Source: Dehalococcoidia bacterium SM23_28_2
GTDB lineage: Bacteria; Chloroflexota; Dehalococcoidia; SM23-28-2
Direction: 5' to 3'
Assembly (NCBI GenBank): GCA_001303545.1
Contig: LJUA01000018.1
Coordinates: forward strand, 1 to 33,021
DNA length: 33,021 bases
The notes under the pieces: model-generated
Seen by the model: only the letters and a program-made list of their open reading frames with translations
The model's database searches: none
What the model was told of the DNA's origin: nothing
In this document: one piece after another, positions 1-7,810 of the stretch
How the letters are laid out: every line of letters starts with the position of its first letter
Numbering within the stretch: position 1 is the stretch's first letter
Made by a program: the position numbers and the translations under genes

Positions 1-963
1 GCCATCCGCGAACGAGCTCGTCAGAAGACGGGCCGGGAAGACCTAATGGTGGCCGTCGGCGCTACCCACAACCATTCCGCTCCGGACATGACTGGCGCCT
101 ACGGTGGCGTGTCCAGACGCTACAAGTGGCTGATCCACGAGCGGGCTTCGGACGCCGTGGCGGAGGCAGTGGCCGACATGGCGGCGGCCCACATCGGCTT
201 CGCCACGACCCGGCTGGAGGGCATCGTCAGGAACAGGCGCGATCCGGAAGGGGGGCCGGTGGACGAGGAGGTGGCGGTGATGGTGGTCGAGGGGAAGAAT
301 GACGACGCGCTTGCTGTGCTGGTCAACTTCGCCTGCCACGCCGACGTCCTGGGCCGACGCAATACGCTTATCACTGCCGACTTTCCAGCCTATCTCCGTC
401 GCGATCTGGAGAGAGAACGCGGCGGAACGGCCATTTTCTTCAACGGCGCTGAGGGAGACATCCATCCCTGCCAGAGCATCGAGGACCCCGACGATGAGAA
501 GGGGCTGCGCACGTTCGAGGAGGCGGAGGCGGTGGGCTCAGCCATCGCTAAGGCTGCCCTGGATGCTCTGGGGAAGGCGAAACTGACCTCCGATGTGGCC
601 ATCGACCTGCGGGTTGCCTATCCGGAGGTGCCGATGGACAACCGAAGGCTGAGGATCGCCAGCCTGCTGCGGATAATCCCCCGCAAGCTGCGCAAGGGTC
701 GCGTCCGCTCGGAGATGTGGGCGGTGAACATCAACGATGCCCAGATCGTGACCCTGCCCGGCCAGTTCTTCTGCAAGCTGGGGCTGGAGCTAAAGGAGCA
801 GATGAAGGGGCGCTACAAGTTCCTGTTTGGGCTCACCGCCGACGATCTGGTGCACGTGCTGCCGCCGGACGAGTGGGACCCCAAGCGGAAGGCGGTGGAG
901 GAAGCGCTCTCCCTGGGCGTGAACACCTGGGCGGCCATCAAGGAGCAACTGCCGCCGCTTTAA
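1..963 (+). CDS. Neutral/alkaline ceramidase-like amidohydrolase (5'-truncated by the window edge)
   Basis: Frame is open from base 1; motifs ATHNHSAP, LVNFACHADV, ITADFP, FFNGAEGDI are typical of the ceramidase N-terminal family. Confidence 0.7.
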   Translation, partial: AIRERARQKTGREDLMVAVGATHNHSAPDMTGAYGGVSRRYKWLIHERASDAVAEAVADMAAAHIGFATTRLEGIVRNRRDPEGGPVDEEVAVMVVEGKNDDALAVLVNFACHADVLGRRNTLITADFPAYLRRDLERERGGTAIFFNGAEGDIHPCQSIEDPDDEKGLRTFEEAEAVGSAIAKAALDALGKAKLTSDVAIDLRVAYPEVPMDNRRLRIASLLRIIPRKLRKGRVRSEMWAVNINDAQIVTLPGQFFCKLGLELKEQMKGRYKFLFGLTADDLVHVLPPDEWDPKRKAVEEALSLGVNTWAAIKEQLPPL

Positions 964-1101
964 CGGCTGCCGATGGCCAGGCTTGGAGGCGAAAGCCTGA
1001 TTCGTGGGAGGTTTGCCATGCGGTTTCCATGGCACTATCTGCTGGCCGTCGCAGGGCTGCTCGCCGCTCTCCTGCTACTGGCGGCCTGCGGCGGCGAGGG
1101 G

Positions 1102-1175
1102 GAAGAGGAGGCCACTACTCCGACGCCTAGTCCCATCCGAAGAGGAGGCCACTACTCCGACGCCCAGTCCCATCC
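1102..1175 (+). repeat. 37-bp tandem duplication (2 copies, 1 mismatch)
   Basis: gaagaggaggccactactccgacgcc(t/c)agtcccatcc at 1102-1138 and 1139-1175. Confidence 0.95.
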
Positions 1176-1344
1176 CTACGCCGACGGCGACGGCCACTCC
1201 CACGCCCAGCTCTATCCCATCGCCGACGACTGGGCAGGCCACGCCCACCGCGGCCCCAACCGGCGGGCGCGTGCCGATGTTCCGTGGCGACCCCGCTCGC
1301 AGCGGCGTGAACCCCGGTCCGGGGGTTGAGCGCTCGCCCACGCT

Positions 1345-2300
1345 GCTCTGGCGCTTCCAGACGGACGGCCTGGTCTTCTCCTCGCCGGCGGTGGTGGACG
1401 GTGTAGTCTACATCGGCAGCGACGACAAAAACGTCTACGCTCTGGACGCGGCTACGGGTGAGGAGCGCTGGCGCTTCGAGACGACCGGCTGGGTCGGCGG
1501 CTCGCCGGCGGTGGCGGAGGGCGCAGTCTACATCGGCAGCGCAGGCTTCCTTCGGGGTCTCTACAATGTCTATGGCCTGGATGCCGACACAGGAGAGCAG
1601 CGCTGGCGCTTCCACGCAGGCAACGAGATTTGGTCCTCGCCGGCGGTGGTGGACGGAGTGGTCTACATCGGCAGCGATGACAGCCACGTCTATGCCCTGG
1701 ACGGCGTCACAAGAGAAGAGATCTGGAGCTTCAAGGCGGACTATTGGTTTCGGTCCTCGCCGGCGGTGGTGGACGGAGTGGTCTACATCGGCAGCCTAGA
1801 CAGCCGCGTTTACGCCCTGGACGCGGCGACGGGGGAAGAGCGCTGGCGCTTCCAGACGGGCGACAGGGTTGGCTCCTCGCCGGCGGTGGTGGACGGTGTA
1901 GTCTACATCGGCAGCGACGACAGCCACGTCTATGCCCTGGAAGCGGCGACGGGAGAGGAGCGCTGGCGCTTCCAGACGAGTGGCGCCGTTGGCTCCTCGC
2001 CGGCGGTGACGGACGGTGTAGTCTACGTCGGCAGCGACGACAGCCACGTCTACGCCCTTGACGCGGCCACGGGAGAGGAGCGCTGGCGCTTCCAGACTGG
2101 CGACAGCGTCGGCTCCTCGCCAACGGTGGTCGATGGTGTAGTCTACATCGGCAGCCAAGACAGCTACGTTTACGCCCTGGACGCGGCGACGGGGGAAGAG
2201 CGCTGGCGCTTCCAGACGGGCGACAGGGTTCGCTCCTCGCCGGCGGTGGTCGATGGTGTAGTCTACATCGGCAGCTACGACGGCTACGTCTACGCCATCA
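1345..2300 (+). repeat. Intragenic ~120-bp (40-aa) tandem repeats encoding beta-propeller blades
   Basis: Recurrent ctcgccggcggtggtggacgg...gtctacatcggcagc...gagcgctggcgcttccagac units, eight copies. Confidence 0.9.
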
Positions 2301-2352
2301 CTGAGGAGTGATGGGCCCAAGGTGGGAGCCCGCGCGCTAGGTTCGTCGCTCG

Positions 2353-4080
2353 CTAGTATTCGGGGAACGTGACTCCTTCGAACCAGATAGCCACGGCGGT
2401 GGCTAAGTCGGGCGGTCCGAGGTTGGCCTGGCTGTCGACGATGACGTCGAGGAGGGCGGGCTTGCCCGAATCCACCGCTCGCTTCAGGGCGGGGGTGATC
2501 TCCTTGGGGTCCTCCACTCGCTCGCCGTACCAGCCGGCGGCCTCCGCCATTTTGTCGTAGCGCACGTCGGTGAAGTCCACGCCGATGTAGCGCTTGGCGA
2601 AGGAGCCATCCTGAGCGGCCTTGATCATGCCGAAGGCCCGGTCGTTGTTCACGATCATGACCAAGTTCGTCCCCAGGCGGGCGGCGGTCTCTAGCTCTTG
2701 GACGTTCATCATGAAGAAGCCGTCGCCGCAAATGGCATACACCGGACGGTCGGGGCAGATGAGCTTGGCAGCGATCGCCTTGGGAAGGCCGTCGCCGCCC
2801 TGGCCGGAGTCGCCGGCCCAAAGACAGGTGCCCGGCTCGTAGATGCGGGTCAGGTAGTTGGTCCAGACGGTCGTGTTGCCGCCGTCGGTGACGAATAGGG
2901 CATTTCGGGGGAAGAAAGTGCGGGCATCCTTCACCACGCGCAGGGGATGGATAGGGACCGCATCGGAGCTGCCCAGGTTCTCGAAGTTCTGTAACCAGGC
3001 GGCCTGAGTGGCTCGGTATTGGGTCAGTTGAGGGCTCTCCTCTCGCGGCTCAATTAGGGTGTCCAGAACGGCGTGGATGTCTCGCACAACCGCCTTGGCG
3101 TCGCCGAGGATGGCCAGATCGACCTGTCGATTCTCGCCCAGGCTCTCAGGGGCGGTATCGATCTGGATGATCGCCTGCTCGCTTGGCTTACCCCACATCG
3201 GCGACTTTCCCCAGAAGTCGAAACCCCCCAGGCGCGAGCCGATGACCAGCACTAGGTCGGCCTGGGAGCGGGCGAGGATGGATCCCAGTCCTGGAGGGAT
3301 GAGGTACAGAGGATGATCCTCGGGGATGGTGCCACGGGCAGTGACGCCGGTGGTCATGGGGCACCCCAGCAGTTCGGCCAGGGCGATGATCTCGTCGGAC
3401 GCGCCTGACCGCAGCGCCCCTCCGCCGGCGTGGATGACAGGGCTTCTGGCCTGGGCCAGCATCTCGGCCGCCTGCTTGATCAGTTGGGGGTCGCCGCTGG
3501 CGGCGACGGTGGCGCGATAACGAGCGGGCGGCAGGATCTCGATGTCTGCTTCTTCGCCCTCCTCGAAGAGGACGTCCACCGGCAGGTCGAGGTGAACGGG
3601 CCCCGGCCGACCGGTGGTCGCCTGGCGAAAGGCTTCCTGTACCATCTCTGGGATTCGCTTCCAGTGGGAAACGACAGCATTCCACTTGGTGATCGGCCTG
3701 AACAAACCGAGCTGGTCACATCCCTGAGTGGAGCCGTGGTCGGGGTAGGATTTCCAGGTCTGGTTCTGGGCGGTCAGCACCAGGATGGGTATGCTATTGA
3801 CATAGGCCTCGTAGACGCCGGGCACGAGGTCCACCGCTCCTGGGCCCACTGTGCCCACGCAGACGCCGACCTTTCCGGTGAGCCGCGAGTAGGTGTCGGC
3901 CATGTGGGCGGCTGCCTGCTCGTGGCGGGTCATGATGAACTCCAGCCCTTCTTCTCGGCCGAAGCGATGTATGGCATCCAGAAGGGTGGTTAGCTGACCG
4001 CCGGGGATGCCAAACACGAAGCGTGCGTCCTCCTGGATGAGACATTTGACCAGGACATCAGCTCCCAATATCTTGCTCAC
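2353..4080 (-). CDS. Thiamine-diphosphate-dependent enzyme (acetolactate synthase-like family)
   Basis: FGIPGG, RHEQAA (catalytic Glu), RPGPVHLDLP, GDG...NN ThDP motif; start placed at GTG 4080 behind AGGAAGGAGG. Confidence 0.85.
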   Translation of the reverse strand: MSKILGADVLVKCLIQEDARFVFGIPGGQLTTLLDAIHRFGREEGLEFIMTRHEQAAAHMADTYSRLTGKVGVCVGTVGPGAVDLVPGVYEAYVNSIPILVLTAQNQTWKSYPDHGSTQGCDQLGLFRPITKWNAVVSHWKRIPEMVQEAFRQATTGRPGPVHLDLPVDVLFEEGEEADIEILPPARYRATVAASGDPQLIKQAAEMLAQARSPVIHAGGGALRSGASDEIIALAELLGCPMTTGVTARGTIPEDHPLYLIPPGLGSILARSQADLVLVIGSRLGGFDFWGKSPMWGKPSEQAIIQIDTAPESLGENRQVDLAILGDAKAVVRDIHAVLDTLIEPREESPQLTQYRATQAAWLQNFENLGSSDAVPIHPLRVVKDARTFFPRNALFVTDGGNTTVWTNYLTRIYEPGTCLWAGDSGQGGDGLPKAIAAKLICPDRPVYAICGDGFFMMNVQELETAARLGTNLVMIVNNDRAFGMIKAAQDGSFAKRYIGVDFTDVRYDKMAEAAGWYGERVEDPKEITPALKRAVDSGKPALLDVIVDSQANLGPPDLATAVAIWFEGVTFPEY

Positions 4081-4105
4081 AGCGTCCTCCTTCCTGCCCT
4101 CCCAG

Positions 4106-4134
4106 ATGATCGATGACTGAGCCGGGCTTGTCAA
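4106..4134 (-). promoter_or_regulatory. Putative sigma70-type promoter of the ThDP enzyme gene
   Basis: TTGACA-N17-GATCAT on the minus strand. Confidence 0.45.
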
Positions 4135-4178
4135 ATAGCGGCAATGGGGTTCTAGTGACTCGTCATACGGCAGGGGCT

Positions 4179-6245
4179 TCAGGGGCTGAACGACCAGATG
4201 ACTCCGTAGGGTTGGGTGACGAGGACAAGGAGGGAGTCGAACTGCTCCAGTTGGGCGAGTTCGCTTGACCCCTGCCTGTCGGGGATGAACCGGAGCCAGG
4301 ACTGGTCGGGCTTTAGAAGGTAGATTATTGCAAACTGGTCATTGATGGCTTCCGTGGCCGATTCTATGTCCTGCGGAGGGCCGCCGTAGCAGACGCTGTT
4401 CCATCCCGACCCCAGGCTGACGCTCGTGAGGGCTGTGCTGGAGGTTTCTTGCTCCCAAATAGCGTCGCTGCCCATGAGGATGAACAGGGAGTCGTAGGGG
4501 CTGAGGGTTTTGAGGTTGCTGGCTTCCGGTCGGCCGGCGAACCACCTGTCGAACTGCTGATCGGGCCTGAAACGGTAGATGGCCACGGCGCTGTTCAGCA
4601 CGTTAGCCAGAGCCGTTTCGGTGGGCCGCTGTGGGCCCCTGTAGCACACAGCGTTCCAGTTGCGCACGAGCGGAACGGTGGTGGTGTTCACCGGCGGAGG
4701 CGGGCCTGGGTACAACTCGGGGCCGAAGCCGGCGAAGAGGGCATCGGCATCGCCTTGGTAGGCGTCGGAGGTGATGCCTGCGACCACGGCGATGGGCTCA
4801 TCGGAGGTGATCACCGCCGCTCCCTCGAAGTCGTCCGGTAGCAGGGCGTCGGTATGCTGGTCGAAGATCTTGGAGCTTGCCACAGTGTCGCTGAAGGACA
4901 GGGAGCCGCCCTCCAGTTCGTTGCTGTGGTAGGTGACCTGAATGTTGGCTGTATCGCCATCGGCGACCTGAACTTGGAACCAGGAGTTCCAGCCAGCAGC
5001 AGCGTTGAGAGGACCCTTCCAGCCCGAATTCTTATAGACCACCGGTAGCCAGACCTTGGTCGAGGCCGTCGACTGGGGGATGCCCGCGAAGGCCCCGAAG
5101 GAGGCCTTGCCGGGGACGGCGGAGGCCATCGTCTGGACAACCGCCAGCAACTGCTCACCAGTGATGGTGGCCGAGCCCACGAAGCCGTCGGGTAGGTCGG
5201 CCTCCAGGGCCTGGTCGATGACGGTGGAGGCCTGCACCACGTAGGTCTTGCGAAGGGAGCCATCGGGATCGGGAAGGCGTTCATCGCAGCAGTACGTGAC
5301 GCTCACTTCGGTCGTCTGGGTGGGGTCAGCAGTGCTGATGGAGAGCTTGGTGTTCCAGCCCGTGGTTTCACCGAAGTTCTTGAACACGAGAGGCACGAGG
5401 ACAGCGGTGGACAGGTCGCCTGTCCCCGAGGGATCCCAGCCCAGGCCCTTGTAAGAGGCGAGGCTGGGCTGCTGGCTGTTGAAGATATCGGCGCCGGCCG
5501 CCAACAGGGGAGCGGGGGTTGCCTCCTCGGCGTTGCTTACCGTCTCTACGATGAGGGAGCCCTCGAACTGCTCCGGGAGTTCCTCGGTCATGTTGGCCTG
5601 GTTGCGCAGGATGGTGCCTCCTGCCGGCAGGACTCGGCCGCCATTGGGGCACTGGGGGTCGGCCACAGCATCGACCGCCGGCTCGCTGAAGGCCACCGTG
5701 CCGTCGTGGCTGAGATAGGTCATCTGCACACAGGCGATGGTGGATGTGCTCACGTTCTGGATGGCGAAGCGTGTGTTCCACGCACCGTCGGGTCCAAAGC
5801 GGCTGTAGATGAGCGGTAGGTAGACACGGCTGGAGCCGACCGAGAGGCCGTTGTCGGCACCCAGGGAGAGGGCGGGTCTCTCTCCGATAGACTTGAGGAC
5901 GACGGTCTTTATCGGCTGATCAGCGGTGACCACGGCAGAGCCCGCGAAGCCGGAGGGCAGTTCGGGCTGCTGGGCTTGCTCGAAGAGGGTGGAGGCGCCG
6001 GGAGAGAGATCGTCCACGCTGTCCTGGGCGACGCGGAGGCCGTCAGGGTCGTAGTAGTCGACAATGACCGAAGCGGGGAACAGGCCGGCGTTCTGCACCC
6101 AGAAGGAGCTGTTCTCCACCCCCAGGGTGTAGGGCTGGCCTACAGGCTGGGCTCTAAGGCCACGGGGAGGATTAATGATGACCAGGATCGCCAACAGCGA
6201 GAGGAAAGCACCAAGGCCTAGCGCTATCCAGAGTCGTCCCCTCAT
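4179..6245 (-). CDS. Large secreted/cell-surface protein of unknown function with repeated beta-sandwich-like modules
   Basis: N-terminal signal/TM segment; repeated LPxGFxGSAVxT..P and LPLxYK motifs; two C-terminal WNxVCYxGP repeats. Confidence 0.7.
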   Translation of the reverse strand: MRGRLWIALGLGAFLSLLAILVIINPPRGLRAQPVGQPYTLGVENSSFWVQNAGLFPASVIVDYYDPDGLRVAQDSVDDLSPGASTLFEQAQQPELPSGFAGSAVVTADQPIKTVVLKSIGERPALSLGADNGLSVGSSRVYLPLIYSRFGPDGAWNTRFAIQNVSTSTIACVQMTYLSHDGTVAFSEPAVDAVADPQCPNGGRVLPAGGTILRNQANMTEELPEQFEGSLIVETVSNAEEATPAPLLAAGADIFNSQQPSLASYKGLGWDPSGTGDLSTAVLVPLVFKNFGETTGWNTKLSISTADPTQTTEVSVTYCCDERLPDPDGSLRKTYVVQASTVIDQALEADLPDGFVGSATITGEQLLAVVQTMASAVPGKASFGAFAGIPQSTASTKVWLPVVYKNSGWKGPLNAAAGWNSWFQVQVADGDTANIQVTYHSNELEGGSLSFSDTVASSKIFDQHTDALLPDDFEGAAVITSDEPIAVVAGITSDAYQGDADALFAGFGPELYPGPPPPVNTTTVPLVRNWNAVCYRGPQRPTETALANVLNSAVAIYRFRPDQQFDRWFAGRPEASNLKTLSPYDSLFILMGSDAIWEQETSSTALTSVSLGSGWNSVCYGGPPQDIESATEAINDQFAIIYLLKPDQSWLRFIPDRQGSSELAQLEQFDSLLVLVTQPYGVIWSFSP

Positions 6246-6285
6246 GGTCTACTGCATCTTCTTCCACAGCGAGACTTGATGCCTT

Positions 6286-6314
6286 ATCGTATCCTGGCTA
6301 CGTTGGCAAGTCAA
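6286..6314 (-). promoter_or_regulatory. Putative sigma70-type promoter of the 688-aa secreted protein gene
   Basis: TTGACT-N17-TACGAT on the minus strand, ~40 nt upstream of ATG 6245. Confidence 0.55.
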
Positions 6315-6320
6315 TTCTGC

Positions 6321-6372
6321 AAAAAAGGGGGAGGGGTGCTCCCAGCGGCCGGTAAGTCTGGAGAGCACCCCT
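6321..6372 (-). terminator. Rho-independent terminator-like hairpin
   Basis: AGGGGTGCTC (6332-6341) / GAGCACCCCT (6363-6372) stem followed on the minus strand by CCCCCTTTTTT. Confidence 0.6.
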
Positions 6373-6398
6373 GCGGAAGGAACGGACATCGATGTGCA

Positions 6399-6485
6399 TC
6401 AAGGGGGTGACTTGCGCACAGGCGGTGAGCGCTCGGTTAAGGACAACACGTCTGTAACCACAGACAGGTTGACTACTCGTTTCAT
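6399..6485 (-). CDS. Candidate small ORF, 28 aa (MKRVVNLSVVTDVLSLTERSPPVRKSPP)
   Basis: ATG preceded by TAAGGAACGAAGGAG and followed by a terminator; no recognisable homology; too short for the ORF track. Confidence 0.25.
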   Translation of the reverse strand: MKRVVNLSVVTDVLSLTERSPPVRKSPP

Positions 6486-6651
6486 CTCCTTCGTTCCTTA
6501 TTTGGCTGACCGAACCGTTGCTCGGTCGGTCCGCTCACTATCGCTGCCCGCTGTTGGCGGTTGCCGTTGGTCAGACTAGGATAAGCCTGGGTCGTGCATT
6601 CTGTTCATTCCTTCGAGACGAAGGAATGTAAGATGGCTCAGGGGATATGGA

Positions 6652-6691
6652 GAAAAGGGAGTCGCTGCCTCTTGGGCTGACGTCCCTTTTC
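6652..6691. terminator. Possible bidirectional terminator hairpin
   Basis: GAAAAGGGA (6652-6660) ... TCCCTTTTC (6683-6691) with an imperfect inner stem. Confidence 0.5.
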
Positions 6692-6714
6692 GATCAGAAC
6701 CTGGTGCGACAGTG

Positions 6715-6948
6715 CTAGGCTATCACCTCCTCCCTGCTGCGCCGTGCAGGCCCGCGACGGTGGGGGTGCGGCAGTCCCTGAGCGGGTCGGCCGGGCACGG
6801 CAGTCCCTTGATGGGAGTGCCCCGATAAGGAGCCAGCAGGGAGGATGGAGACTACAAGAGGGAACGCCGGAACAGGTCCCCCCGGTCGTGCCGTGGCCGA
6901 GTAGACCCCTGGCCGGGTTCCGGCGTTCGCAGATGAGGCGTCGGTCAC
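6715..6948 (-). CDS. Candidate small ORF directly downstream of the c-di-GMP riboswitch (77 aa from GTG 6948)
   Basis: AAGGAGG 9 nt before GTG; the product is Pro/Gly/Arg-rich and not recognisable, so it may not be a real protein. Confidence 0.25.
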   Translation of the reverse strand: MTDASSANAGTRPGVYSATARPGGPVPAFPLVVSILPAGSLSGHSHQGTAVPGRPAQGLPHPHRRGPARRSREEVIA

Positions 6949-6957
6949 TTGTCCCAA

Positions 6958-7050
6958 CCTCCTTCGGCGGCTCGGCAGCCGTAGCCTTTCGGCTTTAGGC
7001 CCGAAGCTTTGCGCCTCGCCCTTTCGGGCGGTTTGCCTTTATCGGGAGTG
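6958..7050 (-). promoter_or_regulatory. Cyclic di-GMP-I (GEMM-I) riboswitch
   Basis: Minus strand reads CACTCCCGATAAAGGCAAACCGCCCGAAAGGGCGAGGCGCAAAGCTTCGGGCCTAAAGCCGAAAGGCTACGGCTGCCGAGCCGCCGAAGGAGG: GGCAAAC, GAAA tetraloop, CGCAAAGC, CCTAA receptor and GCCGAA all match the class-I consensus. Confidence 0.92.
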
Positions 7051-7103
7051 TGGGCACTCCGCTCGACGTTGCCTGGTTAACATAACCAGGGCTGCACAGA
7101 TAA

Positions 7104-7129
7104 GACATCGGAATCGCGCATCTGTTACA
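7104..7129 (-). promoter_or_regulatory. Putative ECF sigma promoter upstream of the riboswitch
   Basis: TGTAAC-N16-TGTC on the minus strand; same pattern at three other sites in the window. Confidence 0.45.
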
Positions 7130-7286
7130 GGGAATGCGTGTTAGGTTGGTAGAAAATCGTAGCTTCGGTGGCAGGAGATATGAAGTGAGCGCTGTTTTGG
7201 TGGGGATGCGGGGGCGGGTGGCGCGCTTAGTTAGCGCAATCAGTGAACGATTGAGCTTGCTGGCAGCGCTTCGGGGAGCCGACGGG

Positions 7287-7769
7287 CTATTTCTTTTCCC
7301 AGATGAACTCGCAGATGGGGTCGCCCTTGGGGATCGCCTTGGTCAGGACCCACCTGTATTGTGGATTGATGACCTCGGCGATGCCGTCGCATATGGGCTG
7401 GAAGGCGTAGCAAACATCAACGGGGAGGTTCTGGAACGGGCAGGCGGTAACCTGTTTCACCACTCTCTCCGAACTGGCGTCGGTGGGCTTGCCCACAACC
7501 CGCAGCACCTGCTCCTCCATCAGGTGGGTGATGGCGGAGAGGGCCAGGGCATCCTTGCCGGTGATGCCCAGCTCAGGTGCCAGGGAGGCGATCTCTTTTC
7601 CGAGCTGCTTGAGGGAGGGGTAGACGATCTTCTGGGCCTCCTCTGGACCAAATCTGTCCACCATGGCCTGCATCAGCGCGGCGGCGGCCTGACCCAGAAG
7701 GACCACCGCCTGCTGGTGGGCCACCTCTGGAGGCAGCCGTGGGACCTGTACTTCGGTCATAGCCTTCAC
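7287..7769 (-). CDS. Small V4R/ATC-hydrolase-like protein
   Basis: 160 aa; VTACPF...C...C...KGDPICEF pattern; GGAAGGG RBS and TATAAT upstream. Confidence 0.6.
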   Translation of the reverse strand: MKAMTEVQVPRLPPEVAHQQAVVLLGQAAAALMQAMVDRFGPEEAQKIVYPSLKQLGKEIASLAPELGITGKDALALSAITHLMEEQVLRVVGKPTDASSERVVKQVTACPFQNLPVDVCYAFQPICDGIAEVINPQYRWVLTKAIPKGDPICEFIWEKK

Positions 7770-7810
7770 ATCCCTTCCGTGTTCTTCTGCGGCATCATTA
7801 TACCCCAGGT

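Larger units (their letters stand above)
1018..2311 (+). pseudogene. PQQ-like (BamB-type) 8-bladed beta-propeller lipoprotein, frameshifted by a 37-bp duplication
   Basis: GGGAGG then ATG 1018 gives a lipoprotein signal (MRFPWHYLLAVAGLLAALLLLAAC) in one frame; the Pro/Thr linker and eight WRFxT..SSPAVVDGVVYIGS..VYALDA repeats are in another frame; the 37-bp tandem duplication at 1102-1175 joins them out of frame. Confidence 0.75.

Noticed and set aside
1345-2300. Regular ~120-bp repeats as a possible CRISPR array or DGR
   Set aside because: Repeats are in-frame protein blades without unique spacers; no cas genes or reverse transcriptase in the window
4081-4134. Extended TTG start for the ThDP enzyme
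   Set aside because: The TTG is part of a TTGACA -35 box; a strong SD precedes GTG 4080
6810-6875. CsrB-like GGA-repeat RNA on the plus strand
   Set aside because: The GGA motifs are not in regular hairpin loops, and the riboswitch and promoter indicate minus-strand transcription; not fully excluded without RNA data
6958-7050. 3'3'-cGAMP (GEMM-Ib) riboswitch variant
   Set aside because: The discriminating position equivalent to Vc2 G20 is G, not A
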